This document shows, piece after piece, positions 37,966 to 49,539 of a stretch of DNA of 49,539 nt. The position numbers and the translations under genes are program-made. Position 1 is the first letter of the stretch. Every line of letters begins with the position of its first letter. The notes beneath the pieces are model-generated. The model searched no databases and was not told the origin of the DNA. It worked only from the letters and a program-made list of their open reading frames with translations. The stretch is from positions 5,508,942-5,558,480 of the forward strand of contig NC_068995.1 in the NCBI RefSeq assembly GCF_001194135.2, in the 5' to 3' direction. Origin of the DNA: Octopus bimaculoides (lineage: Eukaryota).

Positions 37966-38022
37966 CATCATCACTGTTATTATTATTATCATTATTATTA
38001 TTATTATCATTATTATTATTAT
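37909..38022. repeat. (ATT)n/(ATC)n microsatellite
   Basis: Directly visible. Confidence 0.95.
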
Positions 38023-38554
38023 GTAACTTTAATGAAGGTTCCATCGAAAGACCAGGCCACAACAGACAAATATAAATAGATACAAAAAAAAACAAGAACT
38101 ACAGATAACCCACTCCACAAAAAAAAAAGGAAGAGAGACAGAAAGTGAGAGATAGAAAACAACATTTTCTTTTCCATTTGAACGAGAACATTTCGTTTTC
38201 TAACTTCCTTTTCCTTTCATTCTTTCTCTTTTTCTATGCATTTTCTTCATTCAATCACATTCATTCGATTTCGTCATCATATCATTCACGGATTTACTCG
38301 TTCTTGAACATTCTTTTACTCACACATATTTCATAAATGCGTATACACACATGCACTTACTTACAGGGACACATACATGTGCACACACAATATATATATC
38401 TCTGTGAGATGGTGGCGGTGAAGTTAGACAGACAGACAGACAGACAGGCTTGAGTAAGATTATACGAGGAATGAAATTCCAGTCAAGAACTACACAATAT
38501 TTTAAACTCTATAGTCAGTACAGTATTACACCATCGGTCAATGTTCAGTTGTTC

Positions 38555-39200
38555 TTGATAGATAGATTGATAGATGCATAGGCAGATAGGTAGGCATATA
38601 TATAGGCAGATTGATGGGTGGATAGGTATGCAGATAGACAGATAGATAGATAGATAAAAGAGGATGAATGGATGGATAGATAAGCTGGTTGGATGAGCTG
38701 ATAGACGGATGGAGAAACAGATGAGGATGGGCAAATGGAAGGTGAAATGGATGGCTAAATGGATTGATTAAGAAATAGATGGAACAACAAACAGATGAAT
38801 GAACAGATGAATGCATGGATGAGTAACTAGATAGATACATGGACGAATAGATAAATGGATAGACGGATGGATAGATAAAAGCATAGGTAGATGCATATAT
38901 ATTTAGACAGATGGATTAGTCAGATCGACAATATATATAGTTATGTCTCTCGAAAATTGTATAAGCAGATAGATAAATAGATAGACCGAAAAATAGATAG
39001 ATTGATTGATTCACAGCTACATTGATAAACAGAAAGGTAGAATCATTGATAGATACACAAATAAATTCAAGGACAATAATATAGCTAGATATAACGGTAT
39101 ATTGATAGATAGAATATAAATACATTAATCGATAAATAAATATTCATCTAGATCAATTGTTTGATAGATAAATTTGATAGAATAATAGATGTATATCACG
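38555..39200. repeat. Decayed (GATA)/(GGAT)/(GACA) tetranucleotide satellite
   Basis: Long tract of mixed GATA, GATG and GACA units. Confidence 0.85.
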
Positions 39201-39550
39201 AAAGTGAAATATTTAATTAGAACAATCAGGCAGATAGACATACATACGCCTACAGACTATAGACATACATATATAACAGTGTATACACACACATACTTAT
39301 ATAACACACATATATATACATTCATCTATATCCATACGAACATATATATCTGTGTGTGTGTGTGTGTGTGCGTGTGTGTGCGTGCGTGCTTTCATAGTCA
39401 GGGAAATATGAGAATGTGTTCCCAAATAGGCTACTGTATGGAAATATATGTGGATAGACAGATAGATGTATTTATATATTCACAGATAGATCAATTGATT
39501 GAAAGATCGATAGGCATAAGGCTGATACCTAAAGGGTTGGTAATCATTAT

Positions 39551-39602
<52 letters not shown>

Positions 39603-40955
39603 GTATGTATATATATATGCGCGCGCGTTTAATCTTGAAAGAGTGGGATATTAATAACTACGTTCATGGAGATGGAGTGAGAGACGAGAGAGGCAGAAAT
39701 ACAAGGGTAACAAAGGAATTAGAAGATGGAAACAGAGAAACAGAGGTGGGAAAATGAGAGAGAAAGACAGAGAGACAGAGGAGAGTCATGGAAAGAAAGA
39801 GGGGGCGGATAACATGAATTGATTCATTGATAATGGATTTCATAGATAAATAGGTAGCTGATCTGCTACACACACNNNNNNNNNNGGAAAGAAAGAGGGG
39901 GCGGATAACATGAATTGATTCATTGATAATGGATTTCATAGATAAATAGGTAGCTGATCTGCTACACACACGCACACACACACACACACACACATCCGTA
40001 CACAAATTAACGCAAGCACTCACATACACACACAAAGAGCTTGGCATACACATATGTATTGGAAAACGACTTTAGTACCTTTTGTGGACAGCCACTACTT
40101 GCCTGATAGTTATTTTATCGAATACAAAAATGAAACCGTAATTATTGTCAATAAGAAACATTTTCGTTCTATTGTTAAACCTTTTATGTATCTGGCAGTA
40201 TTAAAAAGTAAGGTGAAGGGAATAAACTACATTACAGCAAGGGTATCTAGTATGCAGCTCACCTATCCGCCATGCACCGTTCAGCTGGATATGATTTTAT
40301 TGGATACAGTGGAACAATATGTGGCAGTCGATTGCGTAGTGATTGGAACCGAGAGACTAGATTGAGGAACGATTGAGGAATAATTCCAGTGTGATGCTCT
40401 ACCAACCAGTTACTAACTTCACTCTCTCGGCCTGACTTAATTTACGAGTTGCCTGTTTTGTCAACATTTTATGAAGTTCTGAAAATATTTAGTGATTATC
40501 TGTAAAGAATATAACGTTTCGTGTGACCCATTGTTTTACAATTTGCGGGGAAGGGCCAAAACTTTGTATTATGCGAACGGGATTCATACTAGAATTGAAA
40601 TGTCGCTCACTTAATTTACCAGAAGTTTGCATTTACTGTACAGCAATAATAAAAAGAAAATACAAGTTACTACTAAAAAATGAGGCGAGAATCGACTCTC
40701 CACGATGATGCAGCGTGCATCGTTAGCTCTTATGCATTACTGATGGAATAGTTAATTAAAGTCAATAGATCAGTTCTAGGAGAGTAACCAGACAGTCGCC
40801 TTATTCAACCGGTGGATTAATGTCGCGCCTATTTAGTGATATTTAATTAGGAGCCAGTTAAGGGATTTGTGAAATGTTGTCGTTCTTACCTGCAAGTTGT
40901 TTTTTCGTATATTTAAATGATAAATGTTGTCGAAATAAAGTTAGAATCACTTTTC

Positions 40956-41387
40956 GGTTGATTACACTAAATTAAAGATTACACAAAATTTTGACACCTT
41001 TTCAACTGATTAAAGCAGACAATCGATTTTATAGCTCTTAAAGATATTAAAAATAAATAAATGAATGGAATGGATTGATGCGATTGTTCTTTCTAAATGA
41101 AGAATATTGTAGAAGTAAACTAGAATCACCATTGATTTGAAGTCAAAATTTATCTCAATTCCGACATGTCTCCGATTGATTAAAGCTGACGATCAGTGGC
41201 ACTTGAAGAGACTTATAAAGAAAGAAAAAAAAGAAACGCATTATTTTAATGATATTAACATTACACAAATATATTTTATTGTACTTAATGATAAACACTG
41301 CACAAGTGCAGTAAAATAATTGCTGATTTGAAATCCAGATTTTGAAACTAATTCTAACATTTCTTCAATTGATTAAAACAGACGATC
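40956..41387. repeat. Three spaced copies of a motif of about 63 bp
   Basis: Cores TGATTAAAGCAGACAATC (41007), TGATTAAAGCTGACGATC (41177) and TGATTAAAACAGACGATC (41370); upstream similarity between copies 2 and 3 extends about 45 bp. Confidence 0.7.
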
Positions 41388-43613
41388 TTGAGAATGTAAC
41401 GAAGGAAATCTACAATATCGAGCAAATGTAATAATTTGCTTTGACACGAAATGGAAGAGAAAGTCTGTCGCCATAGTGTTTCATACGAAAGACTTCTGAG
41501 TGGAATATATACGATTGAAGAATGAATTGAATATATCAAGTATAAAGTATGAAACTATCTTCACATGAAAATATGAAAATACGGTAAATATTCAATAGTT
41601 TTCTGTTGCAAGGCAAAACCGCTATTCTCTGGTCAATAACAAGCGTTTTTATTCCATTGTTATAACTCGAACATGTCCATTAGATTGATTTCGGATAGAA
41701 ATTCAGCGTTACGTCTTTCAGAGAGTGTAATCAAAACCAATCTTAGCGAATCATCAAGGGGGAACCGTTGTTGAGAAAAAAATAAATAAATAAAAATAAA
41801 ACAGAAAAATATCGAAGCTAGAAACGAAAACCGAAGCAAATGTATCGAATAATGTTTATTAGCTTGGAATAATCAAGTGTGATGTTTTTTAGGCATTAAA
41901 TGGAATTTAATGGATAGACTATTCATAGATTTTTGCTGTATTTCTTTGTAATTTCTTTGTTATTTTTTGTGTATATTTATTTTTCTGCTGCACTTGTTTT
42001 ACATACTTTTTAGTTCTTTGATTCAAAGAGACGGGTTTCGCGTTCTTAATGTTAATGGCAGCAGAGAACTAAACCGGTATGGACTAATTTTTTTTTTTTA
42101 GAAAAAGAAGCCTAAATCGATTCCATTTATGTACCTCTACTACTGCTACTACAGCAACTATTACTAATGAACACAACAACAACAACAACAATAATAATAA
42201 CGCTGTCATTATACGTTGTTGTTAATCTAAAAATAGTGAGCTATGAAAGAGAATTGACGCACTCGTACCTGGTATGACATTAAATGTGTCGATATACATA
42301 TAGCTCACTAACACACATACAGTCATACACGCGTATACACATACGTATAGACAACACAGACACTGACGCACACCAACAAACAGTCACAGGCACATTGAAA
42401 GTAGCGTTCACGCGATTTGGCAATCAAAAGGAATCATTAATTGATCATTGATCAAGGAAAAATATCCATCAATAGGTTAACTTGTTGATTTATTTCAATG
42501 AATAAAGAAGACGAAAAGCAGAGTGTGACATTTTTATATATAACAAAAAAAAAAAGCAGGATTGGCAGATAAAGTACGCAATGTGTTGGATATACANNNN
42601 NNNNNNNNNNNNNNNNNNNNNNNNNNNNNNNNNNNNNNNNNNNNNNNNNNNNNNNNNNNNNNNNNNNNNNNNNNNNNNNNNNNNNNNNNNNNNNNNNNNN
42701 NNNNNNNNNNNNNNNNNNNNNNNNNNNNNNNNNNNNNNNNNNNNNNNNNNNNNNNNNNNNNNNNNNNNNNNNNNNNNNNNNNNNNNNNNNNNNNNNNNNN
42801 NNNNNNNNNNNNNNNNNNNNNNNNNNNNNNNNNNNNNNNNNNNNNNNNNTATATATACATACATACATATAAACAGGCACATTTATTTTCATACGTAGAT
42901 GCTACGTTCACACGAGCGCGCGCACACACATGCATGTACACACATCTTTAAAACTCGTGCGGCCACCAGGCGATGTAACGTTCTCACAGACGAAGAGCTG
43001 TGTTGGTGGCTCTGAGTATTATAATGACTAAATAAAGCCTCGTCGCTTAGTCATCAATCTTTCTGACGAAGTGAATGTATAATGTATAATTGGCAATTTT
43101 TAGCAATTTGAATAATGAATTACTTGGAATGTTAACATGTTTGTGTGAAATTCTCCCACAAATTTGCATAAAATCTTTCATAGAGATTTGTCTACAGTTG
43201 AATCAGATTAAAGAGCGGATTGTTTGAAATGCAATAACTCAAATTTCGAAACCATGAAGAATATGTCAACAGACACGTCAGCAACGTAAGTGTTATTCAA
43301 GAAATCGCCCGTGATTGCTCTAGGTGTAACTGAAGGCGTCACCTATAAAAATTGGTGGCTAATATTTTTAAATAAGATTTAATAAAGCATGGTGTGGCAG
43401 TATATTTTGTCCACGTCAAGTGCCAGGTGACCAACATGGGAACCGAGTTACAATCAGACATACGCTGCTTCAGTCTCAATGAAAACTCTGAACAGTGTGT
43501 CCTAACACGTAATAAAACGCGCTTATGTGGACAGAGAGAGAAATAGAGAAAATGCATATATACAAATTCAAACTTAATTAGAAAAGAATAAACACACACA
43601 CACATACACACTC

Positions 43614-43656
<43 letters not shown>

Positions 43657-43837
43657 NNNNNNNNNNNNNNNNNNNNNNNNNNNNNNNNNNNNNNNNNNNN
43701 NNNNNNNNNNNNNNNNNNNNNNNNNNNNNNNNNNNNNNNNNNNNNNNNNNNNNNNNNNNNNNNNNNNNNNNNNNNNNNNNNNNNNNNNNNNNNNNNNNNN
43801 NNNNNNNNNNNNNNNNNNNNNNNNNNNNNNNNNNNNN

Positions 43838-43870
<33 letters not shown>

Positions 43871-44345
43871 CTGTGTTTGAGTGTGGGTGGGTGTATATGT
43901 GTGGGTGTACATGTGTTTGTGTGTGTTTGCATTGGTAGCTACATAATTAACTCCATGCCATAGTTTTAAGCAGGTAGCAGGATTCAATAGAAACGAATAT
44001 CTCTGGATGTTAATCAGGGCGAAGTGGTAGAAAAATAAGACATTTTAATATCCGTTTCATGTCCATGTTCTTATGGCTTGAACACGTATTCAATATAACA
44101 CATTTCCGTCATAGCGTTATTGAGTCCATTCCTTTGTCACTGTTTCTTAACTCTCTTGGACAAAACATTACCAATTCTCACCATATCTTTTTCTGATGGC
44201 GGATGTACATCGAAAAGGTTAAAATATTGGTCTATTTTGAACAAATTAAAAATCATTCAACATTCTACACAACCTGCTCTAGATACTTGAAATTTTATTA
44301 ATGTATTATAGATGGCGATAGTTTATTATGATGGTTATTACTAAT

Positions 44346-44660
44346 TGGCTCTCCGTCGGTTACGACGACGAGTATTTCAGTCGTTCTAATCAACGGAACA
44401 GCTTGCTCCTGAAATTAACGTGCAAATTACTGAACACTTCACGGACACGCGGAACCTTAACGAAGTTCTCAGGGAGATTCAGCTTGACACAGAATATGAC
44501 AAGGATGGCCCCTTTTGAATTACAGATACGGGTCATTTTTGCCAGCTGAGTAGACTGGGGCAATGTCAAATAAGGTATCTTACTCAAGGGTACAACACCC
44601 CGCCGGGAACTGACCTTACAATCGTGATCTGAATACCCTAACCACTAAGCCACGCTCCTT
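44346..44660 (-). mobile_element. SINE family C (tRNA-derived), full length
   Basis: Reverse complement starts GGAGCGTGGCTTAGTGGTTAGGGTATTC (A box), has a degenerate B box, CCTTGAGTAAGATAC..CCAGTCTACTCAGCTGGCAAAAATGA, and a 3' region homologous to 3848-3996. Confidence 0.85.
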
Positions 44661-44763
44661 TACATTATTGTTGTGGCGCCAGAAAAATCACTTTACATGT
44701 AATTTAGTAACTGAGCGTTTTGAGTTCAAATCAACCGTGGATCGACTTGGGACAGGAAATCTA

Positions 44764-44972
44764 CAGTAATCCTTCCCCATATCGCGATTTATTATTTAAG
44801 CTTACGTCGATTCCTCTGTGGTGTTGTTTTCCATTTATGATAAAATGAATAAATACAAATTATGAAATTAGTTTTTAAAAATACACAGTACAGTACTGTT
44901 TCTACTTCGCGGATTTTTACCTATCGCAGGGGTTTTTGGAACGTAACACCGGCGATAGTCGAGGGATTACAG
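44764..44972. mobile_element. pogo/Tigger-type (Tc1/mariner) MITE
   Basis: Left TA|CAGTAATCCTTCCCCATATCGCG; right end reverse complement TA|CTGTAATCCCTCGACTATCGCC; TA TSDs at 44762-44763 and 44973-44974. Confidence 0.8.
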
Positions 44973-45002
44973 TAGACTATTTTTTTTATTATTCGGGTAC
45001 TT

Positions 45003-45200
45003 AAGGTGACAAGCTGGAAGATACTTAGAGGATTTCCTTTGAGCTTTTTTACACTCTGAGTTCAAATGCCACCGAAGGCGACATTGCCTTTCATGCTTGA
45101 GGGACCGATTGAAATAAGTACTACTGGGACACTGACGTTGATATAATCGGTTTGTTTCCCTCCATAAAAAAACTGCTGGGCGTGTGCAAAAATCGGAAAC
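45003..45200 (+). mobile_element. SINE family A, diverged
   Basis: AAGGTGACAAGCTGG head, GAGTTCAAATGCC B box, ATTGCCTTTCAT, GAAATAAGTAC; a second head fragment follows at 45218-45250. Confidence 0.75.
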
Positions 45201-45887
45201 TTATGAGTTGAGTTGAAAAGGCGGCGAGCGGGCGGAATCGTTATCCTGTCAGAGAAAATACTTTCCTAGCAGAAAGAAACAACCAGTGGACATCAAACTG
45301 ACAACGTGGATTTAAACCGTCTAATATTTTCCATTTAGTCACACGCTAAAATTGATGTTATCTTATGCTTAGCTCTACGTTAACATTGTGTATGTGTTCC
45401 TGTGTGTGACACGGATGAGTCAAGTGACTGTTAGAGCGTAGGGAAAGTCTTCAGAACGGAGTCAGATTTAAAAATGAAGTGTGGCCGTATTAATTACGTC
45501 ATCATATAGTTGCCATTGTACATCCAAGGCCGTGTCTTCATCATAGACACACTCACAACAAATACACATACATTTGTTTACCTCTGCCTTATACGCAGAA
45601 GTATCTATACGTTTCTTTTGACACCAGTCAGAGAAAATTACTCAGTATATACTATAGAATATAAATATCAATGTTACGCAGTTTAAGAGAGAAATGATTC
45701 AATCCAAAAACACTATGTATAGAAAAGATCACGTTGTGGCTATTAAGCCTTGGCTATAATAACGAATGAACCTAAGAACATATACATACATTATATGTAT
45801 GTATATGCGCACGCAGACACACACACACACACATGCACACACATGAACACTCATACATATATACATGCACTGTTTGTTTGAGTGTGT

Positions 45888-46113
45888 AAGGCGCTGAGCT
45901 GGCGGAATCGTTAACACATCGGGAAAAATGATTAGCGGCATTTCGTTCGTGTTTATGTCCGGAGTTCAAGTTCTGCCGATGTCGACTTTGCCTTTTATCC
46001 TTTTGGGGTCGATGAAATAAGTACCGGTTAAACACTGTCGTCGATCTAATCGACTAGCCCTCTTCCCGGACCGCTCGAAATTTCTTCCTTTGTGCTAAAA
46101 TTTGAAACCCAAT
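45888..46113 (+). mobile_element. SINE family A, full length
   Basis: AAGGCGCTGAGCTGGCGGAATCGTTAAC head, GAGTTCAAGTTC, GTCGACTTTGCCTTTTATCCTTTTGGGGTCGATGAAATAAGTACC. Confidence 0.9.
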
Positions 46114-46135
46114 ATTTATATCATATATACACACG

Positions 46136-46182
<47 letters not shown>

Positions 46183-46832
46183 ATATACACACGCGTGCAC
46201 ATACACACATTATATATATATATATATATGCGAATATGTATGTAAGAGGGCTTTTAGACAATGAAATTGATTGACTGCTAGAAATAGGCGATCATTTCAA
46301 TTGTTTTCAAAAGACTAAATTTCACAGGTACTTTGTCGCTGGATTAAAATATTCATGAAATATTAATACCAGATTATATTATAGTCTTCAAATATAGATT
46401 ATTTCATTTTAGCGGATTAAGAAAACTATTCACGTTTTATTGTTTTCTCATAATCGGATATTTAAGAAATCAGAGGAAATGAGAAAAAAAAAAAAAAGAA
46501 TTAAAGCATTTACGAACTTGATTAAAAACGACATTTAATTGTGATTTGTTTCCATTAAAGTAATTTGATAAATAAAATATTGGAGGTAAAAAAATGAAAT
46601 ACAAAATCTGAAGTGGAATTCGCAAAAATATCTCTCTAGCTACCCCAACTGCACTGGTTATGAATTTTGAAACATGGAGACCAATTCAATGTGAAATGTA
46701 CTGAAATATATCACGCTAGCTTTTTTGTTGTATTCAGCTTTTATACCTATATATACACACACTACGGCGAATCATGCGTACATACATGCATTTCTATACA
46801 TGTATATAGCATTCATAGTCACATATATATAT

Positions 46833-46997
46833 ACGACGGGCTTCTTTTAGTTCCCGTCTACCAAATCCATTCACAAGGCTTTGGTCGGCCCGAGGCTATA
46901 GCAGAAGACACTTGCCCAAGTTGCAACGCAGTGGGACTGAACTCGGGACCATGTGGTTGGTGAGCAAGCTACTTACCACAGAGCCACGCCTGCGTCT
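46833..46997 (-). mobile_element. SINE family B, 5' half (tRNA plus CORE-like)
   Basis: Reverse complement GCAGGCGTGGCTCTGTGGTAAG..GAGTTCAGTCCCACTGCG..CTTGGGCAAGTGTCTTC; homologous to 27140-27302. Confidence 0.9.
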
Positions 46998-48274
46998 ATA
47001 AACTAGAAACTAAAACGTAAATACTTTACAGAAGATCTGTCTTCTTCCTGTCGGATCATGTGTTTTCTGTTGCTGTGGTTGTTATAGTTGTGGTTGGTGG
47101 ATTTTGTTCTTGGTGCTGTCCTAGTTCTTATAGCTTGTTTTTAAACCCATCCCAGTACTATTGTATGAAATATATAATAAATAGCATAAAAAAACTGTAA
47201 ACATCCTTGCTATTTGAATTAACAACAGTTCAACATGGCGTCACATTTCTAAGTTGATAGGATATATTTGAGGGAAACTGGGCTTCGTACAATATCAAAC
47301 AGATAGAGGGAGTTTGTAGAGCGACGTTCGTTAACCTGCAATTGTAGCTATGTAGAATGTGTCTCAGAGAACCCCCTTGATTAACTTGAAATGATGTAGT
47401 TGCCTTTGGTCAATATTGAACTTGAGATTAAGCTGTGTGTCTACCAAAACATCATCCTCTTCTGCACCCATACCTATTTACAAATCCCCAAATCTGTAAA
47501 TACACAGATATCGATCAACTGTTTCATGTATTTTGTTGGTGTTTTAGATTCATCAACAACCCTTACTTTCTCTCTCTCTCACGCACACTCTCTCTCATAT
47601 AGAGACACAAACACACGCACACGCACACACACACACACACACACACACTCACAAAGAAACAAATGCACGCATGTAAGCCTATCAACGACTATTTTGTGTT
47701 ATATGTGCAAGCGCGCGTTTGTGCGTACGAACTTCATAAAGTTCGTGTTTTGTCCTGATCAAGTTAGTTCGGTCACACAACATGGCCCCGCCGGGAGGTT
47801 TAACAATTCAAAGAAAGACAGACAGATTATATATGTGTGTGTGTATATACNNNNNNNNNNNNNNNNNNNNNNNNNNNNNNNNNNNNNNNNNNNNNNNNNN
47901 NNNNNNNNNNNNNNNNNNNNNNNNNNNNNNNNNNNNNNNNNNNNNNNNNNNNNNNNNNNNNNNNNNNNNNNNNNNNNNNNNNNNNNNNNNNNNNNNNNNN
48001 NNNNNNNNNNNNNNNNNNNNNNNNNNNNNNNNNNNNNNNNNNNNNNNNNNNNNNNNNNNNNNNNNNNNNNNNNNNNNNNNNNNNNNNNNNNNNNNNNNNN
48101 NNNNNNNNNNNNNNNNNNNNNNNNNNNNNNNNNNNNNNNNNNNNNNNNNNNNNNNNNNNNNNNNNNNNNNNNNNNNNNNNNNNNNNNNNNNNNNNNNNNN
48201 NNNNNNNNNNNNNNNNNNNNNNNNNNNNNNNNNNNNNNNNNNNNNNNNNNNNNNNNNNNNNNNNNNNNNNNNNN

Positions 48275-48329
<55 letters not shown>

Positions 48330-48437
48330 AACTCACTACTTATCTGCTATCTCTCCATCAGTGATGTGAGAAAATAATCGTGCGTGTGTTTCTTGGAATG
48401 TATGTCAAGGCATGTATACAGGTGTCCGCCTGTCTTT

Positions 48438-48479
<42 letters not shown>

Positions 48480-49376
48480 TGCTGCAAGGAAGTATGTTGA
48501 CTGACATAAGAAATGTAAAAGATAAACGAAATCTAAAGCAGAACCAAAAATAAATAAAGGAAAAGCCAACGTTATGAATGAACACGTTTAGTTCCTCCCG
48601 AAGTCATAAAGAATTCTGAAGAAAAAGAAAATCTGAAGACCAGGAAGCAATGAAGTAAAAAAAAAATTAACCGACGAAAAATAAATAAAATTGAAAAAAA
48701 AAAGAAGAAATGGAGCAGATTGAGGGCGCTAAAGTCGTAGACGCTCTGGAGATTCACCGCTTTTAGACAATTTTGCTTGGCGCCACGTACAAAACTATTT
48801 TCAATGAAAGCAGACGACACCGGACGAAGACGTAGGAGGAAGCGGAAGGAATGCGAGCAAAAGGAAGGTGTAAATAGGAGATATTTGAATGCTGGAACTG
48901 GGGTGAAGGATGGCGTGAACAGAATGTCTGGAGTCGTGGCAAGAACTAATACTGATAGGTGTCTGTATAAAATTTTGCCTTTTCTCATTTCGGGATCGAT
49001 AAATAAAGTACTGGAAGCTATTTTCCTCCCCTCTCTCCACCTTGTAGTTCACAGTTGGCTATGTTACTTCACGAGAAGGGTCGAGGGAGATCATTCAGAC
49101 ACCATTTATTTAGTAACGGTGAAGAGTTGAGTGATAGGTGAGTAACATCTTATTGAATAAAGACATAACAAAACAGATAAAATGGAGCAGTCAAAATAGT
49201 AATGTTACGTAGTAATGCACAGCCACTCTTTCTTTCTCTCAATACAAATGCATGTACGTAAGCACATAGAGGAAAGGGGCCAGAGACGGTAAAACTAATT
49301 AGAAAGAATGAAATATGCCAGAGGGGAATAAGTAGTCTAAATGTTTTTTTCACTTTTAGAAAAACAAATAGAAAAG

Positions 49377-49539
49377 GATGTGTAGATTAGTTACGGTTCA
49401 GTTCAGTCCATTATCACTGAAGATTTGGGTACGAGACGCGTATTTGCCAAGTTTGTGCAAAAAGCGGACCGAAAAGACCCTTGGGTTTCAGTTACACAAG
49501 ATCTCCTTGATCGTGTCAAGAACTGTGAGAACTTTTTGA
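49377..49539 (+). pseudogene. Mariner (Tc1/mariner DDD) transposase fragment, runs off window end
   Basis: Frame from 49386 reads ISYGSVQSIITEDLGTRRVFAKFVQKADRKDPWVSVTQDLLDRVKNCENFL, matching the mariner HTH-to-linker region (GISYGS..IL.EDLGMRRVSAKFVPKLL); upstream in-frame stop at 49383 and a small deletion. Confidence 0.88.

Noticed and set aside
39790-39971. Exact 86-bp direct repeat (39790-39875 and 39886-39971)
   Set aside because: The copies sit either side of a 10-N gap, which is the signature of an unmerged contig overlap.
40054-40365. 103-aa plus-strand ORF
   Set aside because: No recognisable domain; an ORF of this length is expected by chance in 50 kb.
1377-48364. Numerous ORFs rich in YI, HT, CV, poly-I, poly-N or poly-Y, or spanning X runs
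   Set aside because: They are translations of (TA)n, (CA)n and (AAT)n microsatellites and of N-gaps, not proteins.
48572-49130. Overlapping ORFs of 83-138 aa
   Set aside because: GA-rich low-complexity sequence plus a SINE remnant; no domain recognised.
1-49539. Functional tRNA, rRNA or snRNA genes
   Set aside because: All A/B-box motifs found belong to SINE heads and lack a complete cloverleaf.

Overview
AT-rich, repeat-dominated eukaryotic DNA from a gapped draft assembly (12 N-gaps, about 3.6 kb in total). It is dense in (TA)n, (CA)n, (AAT)n and (GATA)n microsatellites. The SINE and LINE families look like those of Octopus; this taxon call is an inference from recalled repeat consensus sequences, not a database hit. 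I recognise no host protein-coding gene, and almost every ORF in the supplied track is a microsatellite or N-gap artefact. Supported content: (i) about 20 copies of three tRNA-derived SINE families; (ii) degenerate R4/Dong-type (restriction-like endonuclease) LINE 3' fragments; (iii) a 5'-truncated LINE-like 3' end encoding two intact C2H2 zinc fingers; (iv) a DINE-1-like non-autonomous Helentron; (v) hAT and pogo/Tigger MITEs; (vi) a mariner transposase fragment at the right edge; (vii) a 141-bp near-perfect hairpin and two degenerate tandem motif arrays. The most interesting pattern is that R4/Dong LINE 3' ends, two of them only 22 bp long, sit four times tail-to-tail against the (ATT)n tails of one SINE family. 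This suggests the SINE seeds the (TAA)n target of a site-specific LINE. A few splice-site-bounded open segments are reported only as low-confidence exon candidates.
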